Shown here piece by piece: positions 1 through 8,711 of a DNA stretch of 64,000 nt (the first letter of the stretch is position 1; every line of letters begins with the position of its first letter). The translations under genes and the position numbers were made by a program. Source of the stretch: an uncultured Alphaproteobacteria bacterium (GTDB taxonomy: Bacteria; Pseudomonadota; Alphaproteobacteria; Rs-D84). The notes beneath the pieces are model-generated. The model was not told the DNA's origin. It did no database searches and saw nothing but the letters and a program-made list of their open reading frames with translations. Location of the stretch: positions 71,094 through 135,093 of the forward strand of contig CALXMQ010000002.1 in assembly GCA_944389515.1 (NCBI GenBank), written 5' to 3'.

Positions 1-810
1 ACCAGCATATACACGACGCATGCCATCTGCGCCACCAGTCACGATAAATCCGCCGTTTTTGTACAACACGGCCGATGTACCGTCCAGATTCAGAACCGGA
101 ATGTCCCCCAGTCCAAAATCAACTGATTCCAGATATTTTCTGAAATCGCCACCATTATTAAACAGATTTTCTAAAAAATCAAGTTTTACAGTATTTTTTA
201 TACTAAAACCAATGCTTTCCGTGCGGCGAATCATTGTAACAGTTGCCGTGGTTTTACATAATTTTGCAATATCGCGCGCGATTGCACGAACATATGTACC
301 ACGCCCACAGCGTGTACGAAACGTCCATATATCACCATCAATATTTAATAATTCCAGCGCATCAATATGTACACGACGTGGCGGCATGTCAATTACCCTG
401 CCCTGGCGCGCCAAATCGTATGCGCGATGTCCATCGATATGCACTGCACTGAATGCCGGGGGCGTTTGATCAATATCCCCAACCAAGTGGGGTAATACAG
501 ATAAAACATCTGGGCGCGATGGAATTATGTCTGTGCGTGATATTTCATGCCCCAGTAAATCTAGTGTATCTGTTTCAAAGCCAAATTGTAATGAAAACAT
601 ATATTCCTTGATTGACGGGCGAACATCTTCGACAAAAGGAATCATTTTTGTCGCCGCCCCCAATGCAATCGGCAATACCCCAGACGCCATTTCATCCAAT
701 GTTCCAATATGCCCAAATGTACGCGTGGCAAACATACGCGCAACAATGCCTGCGGCGCGGCGACTGAACATACCTGACGGCTTGTCTAAAATAATCCATC
801 CAGAATTCAT
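1..810 (-). CDS. truB: tRNA pseudouridine(55) synthase TruB (3' end beyond window; edge-truncated ORF is not in the ORF track)
   Basis: Manual translation of the minus strand from ATG 810-808 gives MNSGWIILDKPSGMFSRRAAGIVARMFATRTFGHIGTLDEMASGVLPIALGAATKM...FETDTLD. The frame is uninterrupted to position 1, ending in a PUA-like tail LNLDGTSAVLYKNGGFIVTGG. The catalytic HxGTLD motif is present. Confidence 0.8.
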   Translation of the reverse strand, partial: MNSGWIILDKPSGMFSRRAAGIVARMFATRTFGHIGTLDEMASGVLPIALGAATKMIPFVEDVRPSIKEYMFSLQFGFETDTLDLLGHEISRTDIIPSRPDVLSVLPHLVGDIDQTPPAFSAVHIDGHRAYDLARQGRVIDMPPRRVHIDALELLNIDGDIWTFRTRCGRGTYVRAIARDIAKLCKTTATVTMIRRTESIGFSIKNTVKLDFLENLFNNGGDFRKYLESVDFGLGDIPVLNLDGTSAVLYKNGGFIVTGGADGMRRVYAG

Positions 811-812
811 GT

Positions 813-1310
813 TTAACGACTTTTTATATCTATTTTCTGGCGCCCTAAAAAAGTTAAAAACCGTGCAAATTCTGAACGGTTTTCTTCACAAATTGGCCAT
901 AATTGTCGATGCGTATTTATGTCAATTATCGCATTTGCCATACGTGGCGTTATTTGAACAGAACGAAATTCACGATATACTAATTCATCAGATTCAGAAC
1001 TGTTTGTTGGTGCGTCTACTGGGATATTAGCAAAAATTCGCCCATCAGAATCATGAATTATATTCTTGGCAACAATAAAACGTGGCCCCCATTTTATATC
1101 AGATTCATAATAATATCCGTCAAAAGAAAAAGAATAACGCGTTCCTAATCTGAATTCTGGCAAACCTGTTTGCAGGGTCGTTTTTTCATGTGGTCGCATA
1201 AAATTAAAGCAAAACTGAAAAAATCTTTTTAATTCTGCAACATTTTTGAAATCACAGATATGTGGTTCATAAAATGGTGTTTGAAATACGATATTTGGAC
1301 GAACTATCAT
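813..1310 (-). CDS. hypothetical protein (165 aa), no recognisable family
   Basis: ORF immediately upstream of truB on the same strand. It is tightly packed between mutS and truB. No motif recognised. Confidence 0.4.
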   Translation of the reverse strand: MIVRPNIVFQTPFYEPHICDFKNVAELKRFFQFCFNFMRPHEKTTLQTGLPEFRLGTRYSFSFDGYYYESDIKWGPRFIVAKNIIHDSDGRIFANIPVDAPTNSSESDELVYREFRSVQITPRMANAIIDINTHRQLWPICEENRSEFARFLTFLGRQKIDIKSR

Positions 1311-1329
1311 TTTTACACCCCTTTTGCAA

Positions 1330-3894
1330 TTATCCGAACAGATTTAATTGAACAGTTTGCTTTTGTGGCGCAGCGACCTTGTTCTGGGGGCCACCCACAT
1401 TTTTTTGTGTGTTGGAAACATCTGGTTGCGTTGCATGCGTCGATGTATCTGTACATATCGTATTATTATGTGATTCTAGTCCGTCCAAAACCTGTTGTGC
1501 ACGGGCAACAACAGCATCCGGCATACCAGCCATTTTTGCAACTTGAATCCCATAAGAACGATTTGCAACCCCAGATACAATTTTATGCATAAATATTATT
1601 TCATTATTATGTTCACGCACATCAATCGTTAAACACGCAACATTATGTAATTGTTCTGTGCCATCACCAACCAACCCAGTCAATTCATGATAATGTGTCG
1701 CAAATAATGTACGCGCATGCAACCCATCAACATATTCCAGTACAGCCTGGGCAATGGCCATACCATCGTATGTCGATGTGCCCCGCCCTATTTCATCAAA
1801 AATTATAAAAGATTGTTTTGTTGCGCGATGTAAAATATTCGCAGTTTCTGTCATTTCAACCATAAATGTTGATTGCCCAGCCGCCAAATTATCTGATGCA
1901 CCAACACGACTGAATAACTGGTCACAAATGCCGATTGTTGCACGAACCGCTGGGACAAAAGACCCCAGATGTGCCAATACCACCAATAATGCATTTTGAC
2001 GCAAATATGTCGATTTACCAGCCATATTTGGCCCAGTCAACAATGCCACAGACTTTGCGTTCAAATTGCAATCATTTTTAACAAAATTATCACCTGTTTT
2101 GCGTAATACAAAATCAATAACTGGGTGACGACCACCAGTGATATCAAATGCTGTATCATCTGATACATTTGGACGCACCCATGAATATTTTTCTGCGACC
2201 ACCGCCAAAGAATACCATACATCTAAATCAGCCAATAATTCCGCCGTTGACAATAAATCATCTGATACCGCACGAATTTTTTCAATCAAACTGGATATAA
2301 TATCGGCCTCTATCCCGGCGGATTTTTCTGCCGCAGACCGAACATCATTATCCAAATCAATTAAACGCGATGTTGTAAAACGCATATTGCCAGACATGGT
2401 TTGGCGATGTATAAAACCTGATTCTGGTGCCATCAGTGCGTCTGCACGGGCGGATGGAACCTCTATAAAATACCCCAGAATATTATTGTATTTAATTTTT
2501 AAGTTATGTATTCCGGTGGATTGTGCGTATTCAGATTGCATGCCTGCAATCGTTTCTTTGGCACCATGCGCCAAACCACGCATATTATCCAGTGATGCAT
2601 CAAATCCATTACGAATAACATCGCCATCACGGAAAAATGTCGGTAATTCATCTGATAACGCAGAATTTAATTCCAGTGCCAGCGCATCATGCGTATTTAT
2701 ATTTGAAAACCGCGCGGCCATATCAGAATCCAGACGCGTCCCAAACATTTTTGCATTTGGTAATTCAATTAAAAAATCTGTGACATGACGCATATCACGC
2801 GGTGTGCCACGACCAGATAACAAACGCGATAAACTGCGTCCGGCATCGGGCACCGCTGATAACACAGTTGATGCCGCCGCCATAATATCGCCATTTAATA
2901 CCATATGACCAATATGTGATTGGCGACGATGTATTTCATTTACATCTGCGGATAATGTACGTAAATACGCACGTAATTTTCGTGCGCCAGCGGCGGTTTT
3001 TGTATTATCCAATACATCAACCAAACATATACCCCCATCGTTTATCGGCGCATCTATTTCCAAACTTTTCCATGTGGCAGAATCAATCAATAACTGGCGT
3101 CCAGACTTATACAAATATGGTGCACGAAACGTAATTGATGCACCACGTTGGGTGTTAAACAAATAACCAGCCAGCAATTTAATCGCACTGTCATATGTTG
3201 TTGAAACACTATCGCCCGGCGCAACCGCGCCACCAAATACACTTGTTACGATTTTATCAATATCAGCCCGATGATATAATTTTTCATATACTGGCGTTGT
3301 TTTGAATATATCGCGCAAATGCATAATTATTTCATTTTCTGCGATTACAGATGGATAAATAACCTCTGCCGGGTTGATACGAACCAAATCGTCCAATATA
3401 TCCGCCGTGTGCCCAACAAAGAATTCACCCGTTGAAATATCACATCCTGCGATTTCAAACCGATTATCATCGTTCAAAACAACCGCAATTAAAAAATTAG
3501 AATTTTTTGGCGTCAGTAAATTTTCGTCCGTCAATGTCCCAGGCGTTAAAACGCGAACTATTTTACGATCAATAAATTTGTGTCCACGGGCCTTGGCCTC
3601 GGCCGGGGTTTCCATTTGTTCCACCAACGCAACACGAAAACCAGCACGAACCAAGCGCCCAAAATAATTATCTGCGGCATGCCACGGAATACCACACATT
3701 GGAATATTTTCCCCGTCGGCATCTGTGCCACGTTGGGTTAAAACCAATCCTAATGCCTGGCTGATAATTTTTGCATCTTCAAAAAAAGCCTCGTAAAAAT
3801 CACCCAAACGAAACATCAACAACGCATCAGGATTTTCATCCTTTATATCAACGTATTGTTGCATAACAGGGGTCAATTTACTTTTGTCCGCCAC
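1330..3894 (-). CDS. mutS: DNA mismatch repair protein MutS
   Basis: 854 aa. N-terminal mismatch-binding domain (GDFYE), Walker A GPNMAGKSTYLRQ, and a C-terminal HTH region. Confidence 0.95.
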   Translation of the reverse strand: MADKSKLTPVMQQYVDIKDENPDALLMFRLGDFYEAFFEDAKIISQALGLVLTQRGTDADGENIPMCGIPWHAADNYFGRLVRAGFRVALVEQMETPAEAKARGHKFIDRKIVRVLTPGTLTDENLLTPKNSNFLIAVVLNDDNRFEIAGCDISTGEFFVGHTADILDDLVRINPAEVIYPSVIAENEIIMHLRDIFKTTPVYEKLYHRADIDKIVTSVFGGAVAPGDSVSTTYDSAIKLLAGYLFNTQRGASITFRAPYLYKSGRQLLIDSATWKSLEIDAPINDGGICLVDVLDNTKTAAGARKLRAYLRTLSADVNEIHRRQSHIGHMVLNGDIMAAASTVLSAVPDAGRSLSRLLSGRGTPRDMRHVTDFLIELPNAKMFGTRLDSDMAARFSNINTHDALALELNSALSDELPTFFRDGDVIRNGFDASLDNMRGLAHGAKETIAGMQSEYAQSTGIHNLKIKYNNILGYFIEVPSARADALMAPESGFIHRQTMSGNMRFTTSRLIDLDNDVRSAAEKSAGIEADIISSLIEKIRAVSDDLLSTAELLADLDVWYSLAVVAEKYSWVRPNVSDDTAFDITGGRHPVIDFVLRKTGDNFVKNDCNLNAKSVALLTGPNMAGKSTYLRQNALLVVLAHLGSFVPAVRATIGICDQLFSRVGASDNLAAGQSTFMVEMTETANILHRATKQSFIIFDEIGRGTSTYDGMAIAQAVLEYVDGLHARTLFATHYHELTGLVGDGTEQLHNVACLTIDVREHNNEIIFMHKIVSGVANRSYGIQVAKMAGMPDAVVARAQQVLDGLESHNNTICTDTSTHATQPDVSNTQKNVGGPQNKVAAPQKQTVQLNLFG

Positions 3895-3904
3895 GATAAA
3901 TCCA

Positions 3905-4114
3905 TTATGCTTGTGTTGGGTTCTGAGAGACTTTTAATGTTTCAATTTTTAATTCAGCTTCTTTTAACAACTGTTCGCAATATGCCTTTAACTTTATGCC
4001 CTGTTCGTATGCCGCAACAGAATCAGCCAATGGCAATTCGCCAGATTCCATTTTTTTTACTAATTCAACCAGTTGTTTATATGCTTCTTCAAAAGATAAT
4101 TTTTTATCGTCCAT
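3905..4114 (-). CDS. xseB: exodeoxyribonuclease VII small subunit
   Basis: 69 aa. MDDKKLSFEEAYKQLVELVKKMESGELPLADSV matches the XseB family. Confidence 0.8.
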   Translation of the reverse strand: MDDKKLSFEEAYKQLVELVKKMESGELPLADSVAAYEQGIKLKAYCEQLLKEAELKIETLKVSQNPTQA

Positions 4115-4214
4115 AATATACCCTGTGTATCACAGGTCAACCATACAAAAATAATCCGCAAAAGGCAAATAAAAATCGTTGTTCGTCACCAGTTATAATT
4201 TATATATAAAAACC

Positions 4215-4250
4215 AACAAAAAACCGCCATTTGGGCGGTTTTATTATTAT
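4215..4250 (-). terminator. intrinsic terminator downstream of infC
   Basis: Hairpin aaccgccatttgggcggtt followed by a T-run on the minus strand. Confidence 0.6.
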
Positions 4251-4795
4251 TTTGCCGGCGCAATTATAATCGATTTTGTTCGTTCATCTGGCTTGGATTT
4301 AGATTCCAATGTTCCACGTTCGCCAACAATTTCCATAATACGCGCAAATAATTCTGGGACAGCATCTTTGCCACGTGCCAAAACCTTTTTTGAACCACGT
4401 GTCATTACGGCAATTTTTACCTTGTTCCCATCGCCCAAGAATTCAAAAACCTTTTTCATTTTTATGTTCAGGTCGTTTTCTTCAATAAACGGTTTTACCC
4501 AAACTTCCTTCATTTCAATGGTTTTTTGGTTTTTTCGTGCCTCTGACGCGCGCTTTTTCTGTTCATATTTGTATTTGCCGTAATCCATAATCTTGGTAAT
4601 CGGCGTTGTACCATTTGAACTGATTTCCACCAAATCCAACCCGGCATCAGACGCCATCTGTAATGCCTGGGCCGTGGGCATAACGCCCATATTTTGCCCA
4701 TCTTCGTTGATTACCTGGACAGATTTTGCGAAAATCCGATTATTTATACGTGGGCCCGTATCCCGACGATTATCACGGTTAAATTGCGGTTTAAT
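4247..4795 (-). CDS. infC: translation initiation factor IF-3, with AUU start
   Basis: The ORF-track ATG at 4690 is internal. Upstream in-frame sequence IKPQFNRDNRRDTGPRINNRIFAKSVQVINEDGQN is the conserved IF3 N-domain. An in-frame ATT at 4795-4793 is preceded by AAGGAG, and there is an in-frame stop just upstream. AUU start is the canonical infC feature. Confidence 0.85.
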   Translation of the reverse strand: MKPQFNRDNRRDTGPRINNRIFAKSVQVINEDGQNMGVMPTAQALQMASDAGLDLVEISSNGTTPITKIMDYGKYKYEQKKRASEARKNQKTIEMKEVWVKPFIEENDLNIKMKKVFEFLGDGNKVKIAVMTRGSKKVLARGKDAVPELFARIMEIVGERGTLESKSKPDERTKSIIIAPAK

Positions 4796-4832
4796 TGTAT
4801 GCTCCTTTTAACAAGTTATTTGAAATTATTAT

Positions 4833-5615
4833 CTATTTATCCGCGCTTTTCAACAAATTTTGTACTATCTGTAATGCGTTCCATGCATCACGTTTGGCGG
4901 CTGGTTTTAATATCAAATAATTTGGATGGTATATTGGCATAACCGTTATGCCGTTATCCAGTACCACTGTCATGCCATGACCACGTGGCAAAGATATATT
5001 TGCAATACGCATCGCCGCCAATGTACCCAATGTCAAAATAAAACGTGGGTGTAATAAATCTAATATCCGGTCAACAAATGGTTGTGCTAAATCTAATTCT
5101 GAATCTGTTGGTGTACGCCCACCGGGTGTACGCCAAAACAGCAACGGCACAATAGATACATTATCGCGCGACATACCAATGGCCGCCAACATTTTATCCA
5201 TCAATTCACCAACCGCCCCAGACAAAATCCCCCCATTTGCATCATCATCACCACTGGGGATATCTGTGACAACAACCAAACCATTTGGATTTTCTGCAAT
5301 ATGCGGTAAAACAACATTTGTCGCCCCACCACGCAACGGATGATTAAATTCAGAAATCATACGGCACAATGCCGCCATATCCCCAGGCCGCGCCGCCATT
5401 GCCGCCGCTGTATCAACAGATATTGTCTGTTGTGGTGCGATTGGCGGAACAATCGATGTTTGGGTACGCCCCACCCCCGATGTCGCGGCCGCATGCCCCC
5501 CTGGCGCATCGGATACAGTTGCCGCACGCGCAGCCGCCGCCAATGCCATAGGAATATCAGTCAATTCCCATTGAACCCCAGCCAAAATCAAATCACGTAA
5601 TTCACAATCGTACAT
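4833..5615 (-). CDS. uracil-DNA glycosylase, family 4 (SPO1 DNA polymerase-related type) with Ala/Gly/Pro-rich N-terminal extension
   Basis: C-terminal domain GLVVVTDIPSGDDD...FWRTPGGRTPT...HPNYLILKP matches family-4 UDG. The N-terminal 100 aa is low-complexity and locally GC-rich. Confidence 0.7.
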   Translation of the reverse strand: MYDCELRDLILAGVQWELTDIPMALAAAARAATVSDAPGGHAAATSGVGRTQTSIVPPIAPQQTISVDTAAAMAARPGDMAALCRMISEFNHPLRGGATNVVLPHIAENPNGLVVVTDIPSGDDDANGGILSGAVGELMDKMLAAIGMSRDNVSIVPLLFWRTPGGRTPTDSELDLAQPFVDRILDLLHPRFILTLGTLAAMRIANISLPRGHGMTVVLDNGITVMPIYHPNYLILKPAAKRDAWNALQIVQNLLKSADK

Positions 5616-5694
5616 AACGCCCTTTTTCCTTGATTTTTCAAACCTTTTATTCTAAAATAGAACACGAGTAACAGAAACTCAAGGGAGTATTTTC

Positions 5695-6111
5695 ATGAAA
5701 ATAAAAAACTTTGCTATGTTGGCTGGTGTTGCAGGTATGTTGGCCGCATGTGGTGGATCAACAATCGTTGAACCAGCTGATTTGAACGAACAGCGCGTAT
5801 TCTTTGCGTTTGATTCATCTGAAATTTCTGATGAAGCACGCGATAACCTGTTGGGTCAGGCGCTGTATATGAAAAATCACGAAGATGTCAAAATCCAAAT
5901 TGCTGGTAACTGCGACGAACGTGGTTCCACAGAATACAACTTGGCCTTGGGCGCACGTCGCGCAAACGCAGCCAAAGAAGTATTGGTAAATGATGGTATT
6001 GATTCTGCACGTATTTCCACAATTTCATACGGCAAAGAACGTCCGTTGGTCCAGGGCACTGGCGAAGAAGTTTGGAAATGGAATCGTAACGCCACAACAA
6101 CAGTTAAATAA
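5695..6111 (+). CDS. pal: peptidoglycan-associated lipoprotein (OmpA-like)
   Basis: Lipobox LAAC, and the OmpA C-domain FAFDSSEISDEARDNL...NLALGARRA...ISYGKERP. Confidence 0.85.
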   Translation: MKIKNFAMLAGVAGMLAACGGSTIVEPADLNEQRVFFAFDSSEISDEARDNLLGQALYMKNHEDVKIQIAGNCDERGSTEYNLALGARRANAAKEVLVNDGIDSARISTISYGKERPLVQGTGEEVWKWNRNATTTVK

Positions 6112-6132
6112 TTGTTGTTCAAAAACATATAA

Positions 6133-6160
6133 AAATACCGGCAAATGCCGGTATTTTTTG
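6133..6160 (+). terminator. intrinsic terminator after pal
   Basis: Hairpin ataccggcaaatgccggtat followed by TTTTTT. An identical hairpin recurs at 11204. Confidence 0.6.
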
Positions 6161-6233
6161 TGTATTTTATCATTTATAATTCATGTAACCTATTTTCATG
6201 CAAAAAGACCGGTAAATACCGGCTCCAGGTAAG

Positions 6234-7118
6234 TTATGAATTATTATTCACCAATTTGTCCACCAATTCTTGCATCTGGGTACGGGTGGCGAATTCTAAG
6301 ACAATCTGCCCTGCCCCACCACGACGTTCGTGCAACTTTGCCGTTACCCCCAATGCGTTATGCAATTTTGATTCAATTTCACGCACTGTGGCGGCATCTA
6401 TGGTTTTTGACGTGTATGCGCGACTGGTCTTTTTACGCGCGGTTCCACGAACAATTTTTTCTGTTTCTGCCACTGATAAATTATTATCAACAATTTGATG
6501 TGCCAAGGCTGTTGGATTTTCTGCAACTGCGATTGTGCGCGCATGTGATGCAGATAAATCACCATGTTCCACCATTTGTTTTACATCTGATGGCAATGTA
6601 TCCAACCGCATAATATTTCTGATATAACTTTCCGATTTGCCAATTAAACGCGCAACATCAGACAATTCATATCCGCATTTTTCCATTATATTTTTATACG
6701 CATTTGATTCTTCTATGGGATTCAAATTTTCACGTTGCACATTTTCAATCAATGCAATTTCCATCGCATTTTCAGGCGTAATTTGTTTCACCAATGCTGG
6801 TATTTCTGTCAACCCTGCTAATTTACTGGCACGAAAACGACGTTCACCGGCAACAATTTCATATAAATAAGGACGTCCAGTTACACTGCGCAGTAAAATA
6901 GGTTGCAACACGCCCTTTTCTTTTATAGACGCCGCCAAATCAGACAATTCAGATTCTGTAAATGTTTTGCGCGGCTGATCCGGATTCGCCCCAATTTGTG
7001 CCAATGGAATATGTTTAACAACCACACGTTCGGCACCTGTCAATATCGATATATCTGGGATATTACCCATTTCTTGTTTCAAATCTGCCAAACCGCGGCC
7101 TAAACCAAATTTAGACAT
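6234..7118 (-). CDS. parB: chromosome partitioning protein ParB
   Basis: GLGRGLADL N-terminus, HTH and ParB box. Confidence 0.9.
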   Translation of the reverse strand: MSKFGLGRGLADLKQEMGNIPDISILTGAERVVVKHIPLAQIGANPDQPRKTFTESELSDLAASIKEKGVLQPILLRSVTGRPYLYEIVAGERRFRASKLAGLTEIPALVKQITPENAMEIALIENVQRENLNPIEESNAYKNIMEKCGYELSDVARLIGKSESYIRNIMRLDTLPSDVKQMVEHGDLSASHARTIAVAENPTALAHQIVDNNLSVAETEKIVRGTARKKTSRAYTSKTIDAATVREIESKLHNALGVTAKLHERRGGAGQIVLEFATRTQMQELVDKLVNNNS

Positions 7119-7120
7119 GA

Positions 7121-7894
7121 TTATTCCCCTTTTTCTAAACGTTCAACAACCTCGGTTGCAACACGTAAATATGCCTGGGCGCCTGTTGAATTAAAATCAT
7201 AAAATAATGCAGGCTTGCCATGGCTGGGTGCTTCGGATACACGAACATTACGTGGTATTACTGTTTTGAAAACAGCATCCCCAAATGTATTTCGAACATC
7301 TGCTTCCGCGTCACGTGTTTGACCATACCGTTTATCATACATTGTCAATAAAACCCCTAATATCTCTAATTCAGGATTCCATTTTTGACGAATTCCCCGG
7401 ATATTACCGACCAGGTGTGTTATACCTTCTAATGCGTAAAATTCGCATTGTAACGGAATTATAACATTGTTCGCCGTTGTCAATGCGTTCAATGTTAAAA
7501 AACCCAACGCTGGTGGACAATCTAATAAAATATAATCATAAAATTCATACAACGGCGCCAAAGCATCGCGCAAACGATATTCACGATTTTCCATATCCAA
7601 CAAATCAACTTCGGCCCCAGACAATGCAATCGACGACGGCATTATATGCAACCCTGGTATCGCCGTAGACAACACATTATCCGCCGCATTGGCCGTTCCC
7701 ATAATAACACCATAAACACTTTGCGGATGAGACGCACGAACAAAACCCAACCCAGTCCCCGCATTACCCTGGGGATCCAGGTCAACCAACAAAACACGTT
7801 TTTTTATCGTCGCCAAAGACGCAGCCAAATTGATGGCAGTTGTGGTTTTACCCACACCGCCCTTTTGATTCGCAAATGCAATTATCTGTACCAT
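7121..7894 (-). CDS. parA: chromosome partitioning ATPase ParA/Soj
   Basis: Deviant Walker A KGGVGKTT. 257 aa. Confidence 0.9.
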   Translation of the reverse strand: MVQIIAFANQKGGVGKTTTAINLAASLATIKKRVLLVDLDPQGNAGTGLGFVRASHPQSVYGVIMGTANAADNVLSTAIPGLHIMPSSIALSGAEVDLLDMENREYRLRDALAPLYEFYDYILLDCPPALGFLTLNALTTANNVIIPLQCEFYALEGITHLVGNIRGIRQKWNPELEILGVLLTMYDKRYGQTRDAEADVRNTFGDAVFKTVIPRNVRVSEAPSHGKPALFYDFNSTGAQAYLRVATEVVERLEKGE

Positions 7895-8017
7895 TTAATT
7901 CCTTTCCAACATAATATAACATTTATTACAACAAAAAACATAGAATAAAACCACCGATTCGGTCAAGCCAATATATTTCAACAAATTAAAAATCAAATAA
8001 AAACAATATATTATACT

Positions 8018-8129
8018 TTATTTCATATGAAATAAAAATATAACACACCACGTATTACACCCGGTATTTTTAACACAAAGTTAAAAACAACGAAATATCA
8101 ACGAATTACATAATATTTCATATGAAATT
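8018..8129. promoter_or_regulatory. two parS-like palindromes (TATTTCATATGAAATA at 8018-8033 and TATTTCATATGAAATT at 8114-8129) in the rsmG-parA spacer
   Basis: 12 of 16 positions match the canonical parS TGTTTCACGTGAAACA. Perfect dyad symmetry. Located upstream of parAB. Confidence 0.35.
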
Positions 8130-8685
8130 ACCGGCATTTTTGTATAATTATTATAAAACCATCGCCGGTTTTTGACGGTATCAATTCATAATCAAATTTA
8201 TATTTCTGTTTTGCCACGGATATTTCTGCCGGTATTTCCCGGCCTTTTAATAAAAAAAGCCGGTGACCCGTTTTGGCAACATAATCCAAAATTTTTACCA
8301 ATGGTGCAAATGCACGTGCGGTAAAAACAATTTTTTCATCACGGGGCAGGGCGGCAATATAATTTTCCACCCGACCATGATATATTGTTAAATTGTCCAG
8401 CTTCAATTCATCACGCACTGCGGTTAAAAAAGCAACCTTTTTACCAATCGATTCGATACATACAACCGGCCACCCCAATATCGCCAAAACAACCCCAGGA
8501 AATCCGGCACCACTGCCCAAATCAACAACATGTGCATCTGGTGGCAAAACATCCGCCAGTTGCGCAGAATCTGCGAAATGGCGTGTTTCGATATCTGCCA
8601 ATGTACTGGGGGCAACCAAATTCATACGCGACGACCAATCGCGTAACATTTCTGCATAACGGTCAAATTTTGCTTTATTATTCAT
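8128..8685 (-). CDS. rsmG: 16S rRNA (guanine527-N7)-methyltransferase RsmG (GidB)
   Basis: SAM-binding motif VVDLGSGAGFPG. Positioned upstream of parAB. Confidence 0.85.
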   Translation of the reverse strand: MNNKAKFDRYAEMLRDWSSRMNLVAPSTLADIETRHFADSAQLADVLPPDAHVVDLGSGAGFPGVVLAILGWPVVCIESIGKKVAFLTAVRDELKLDNLTIYHGRVENYIAALPRDEKIVFTARAFAPLVKILDYVAKTGHRLFLLKGREIPAEISVAKQKYKFDYELIPSKTGDGFIIIIQKCR

Positions 8686-8711
8686 AAAGTTTATTGTAGC
8701 ATATTTTTAAT

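Noticed and set aside
20-1030. Plus-strand ORFs 20..469, 243..452 and 527..1030
   Set aside because: They lie antisense to a continuous, well-conserved truB reading frame on the minus strand. Their translations are low-complexity with no motifs.
2138-2788. 216-aa plus-strand ORF inside mutS, and many similar antisense ORFs (e.g. 10578..11213, 14379..14831, 19099..19608, 21903..22520, 26477..27006, 33124..33660, 44146..44661, 47127..47681)
   Set aside because: Each lies entirely within, and antisense to, a confidently identified conserved gene. They are typical shadow ORFs in compositionally biased DNA.
7895-8127. Possible oriC in the AT-rich rsmG-parA spacer
   Set aside because: No convincing DnaA boxes (TTATCCACA-like) or DUE-type 13-mer repeats were found by eye. 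The only repeated element is the parS-like dyad, reported separately. GC-skew and DnaA-box analysis would be needed.
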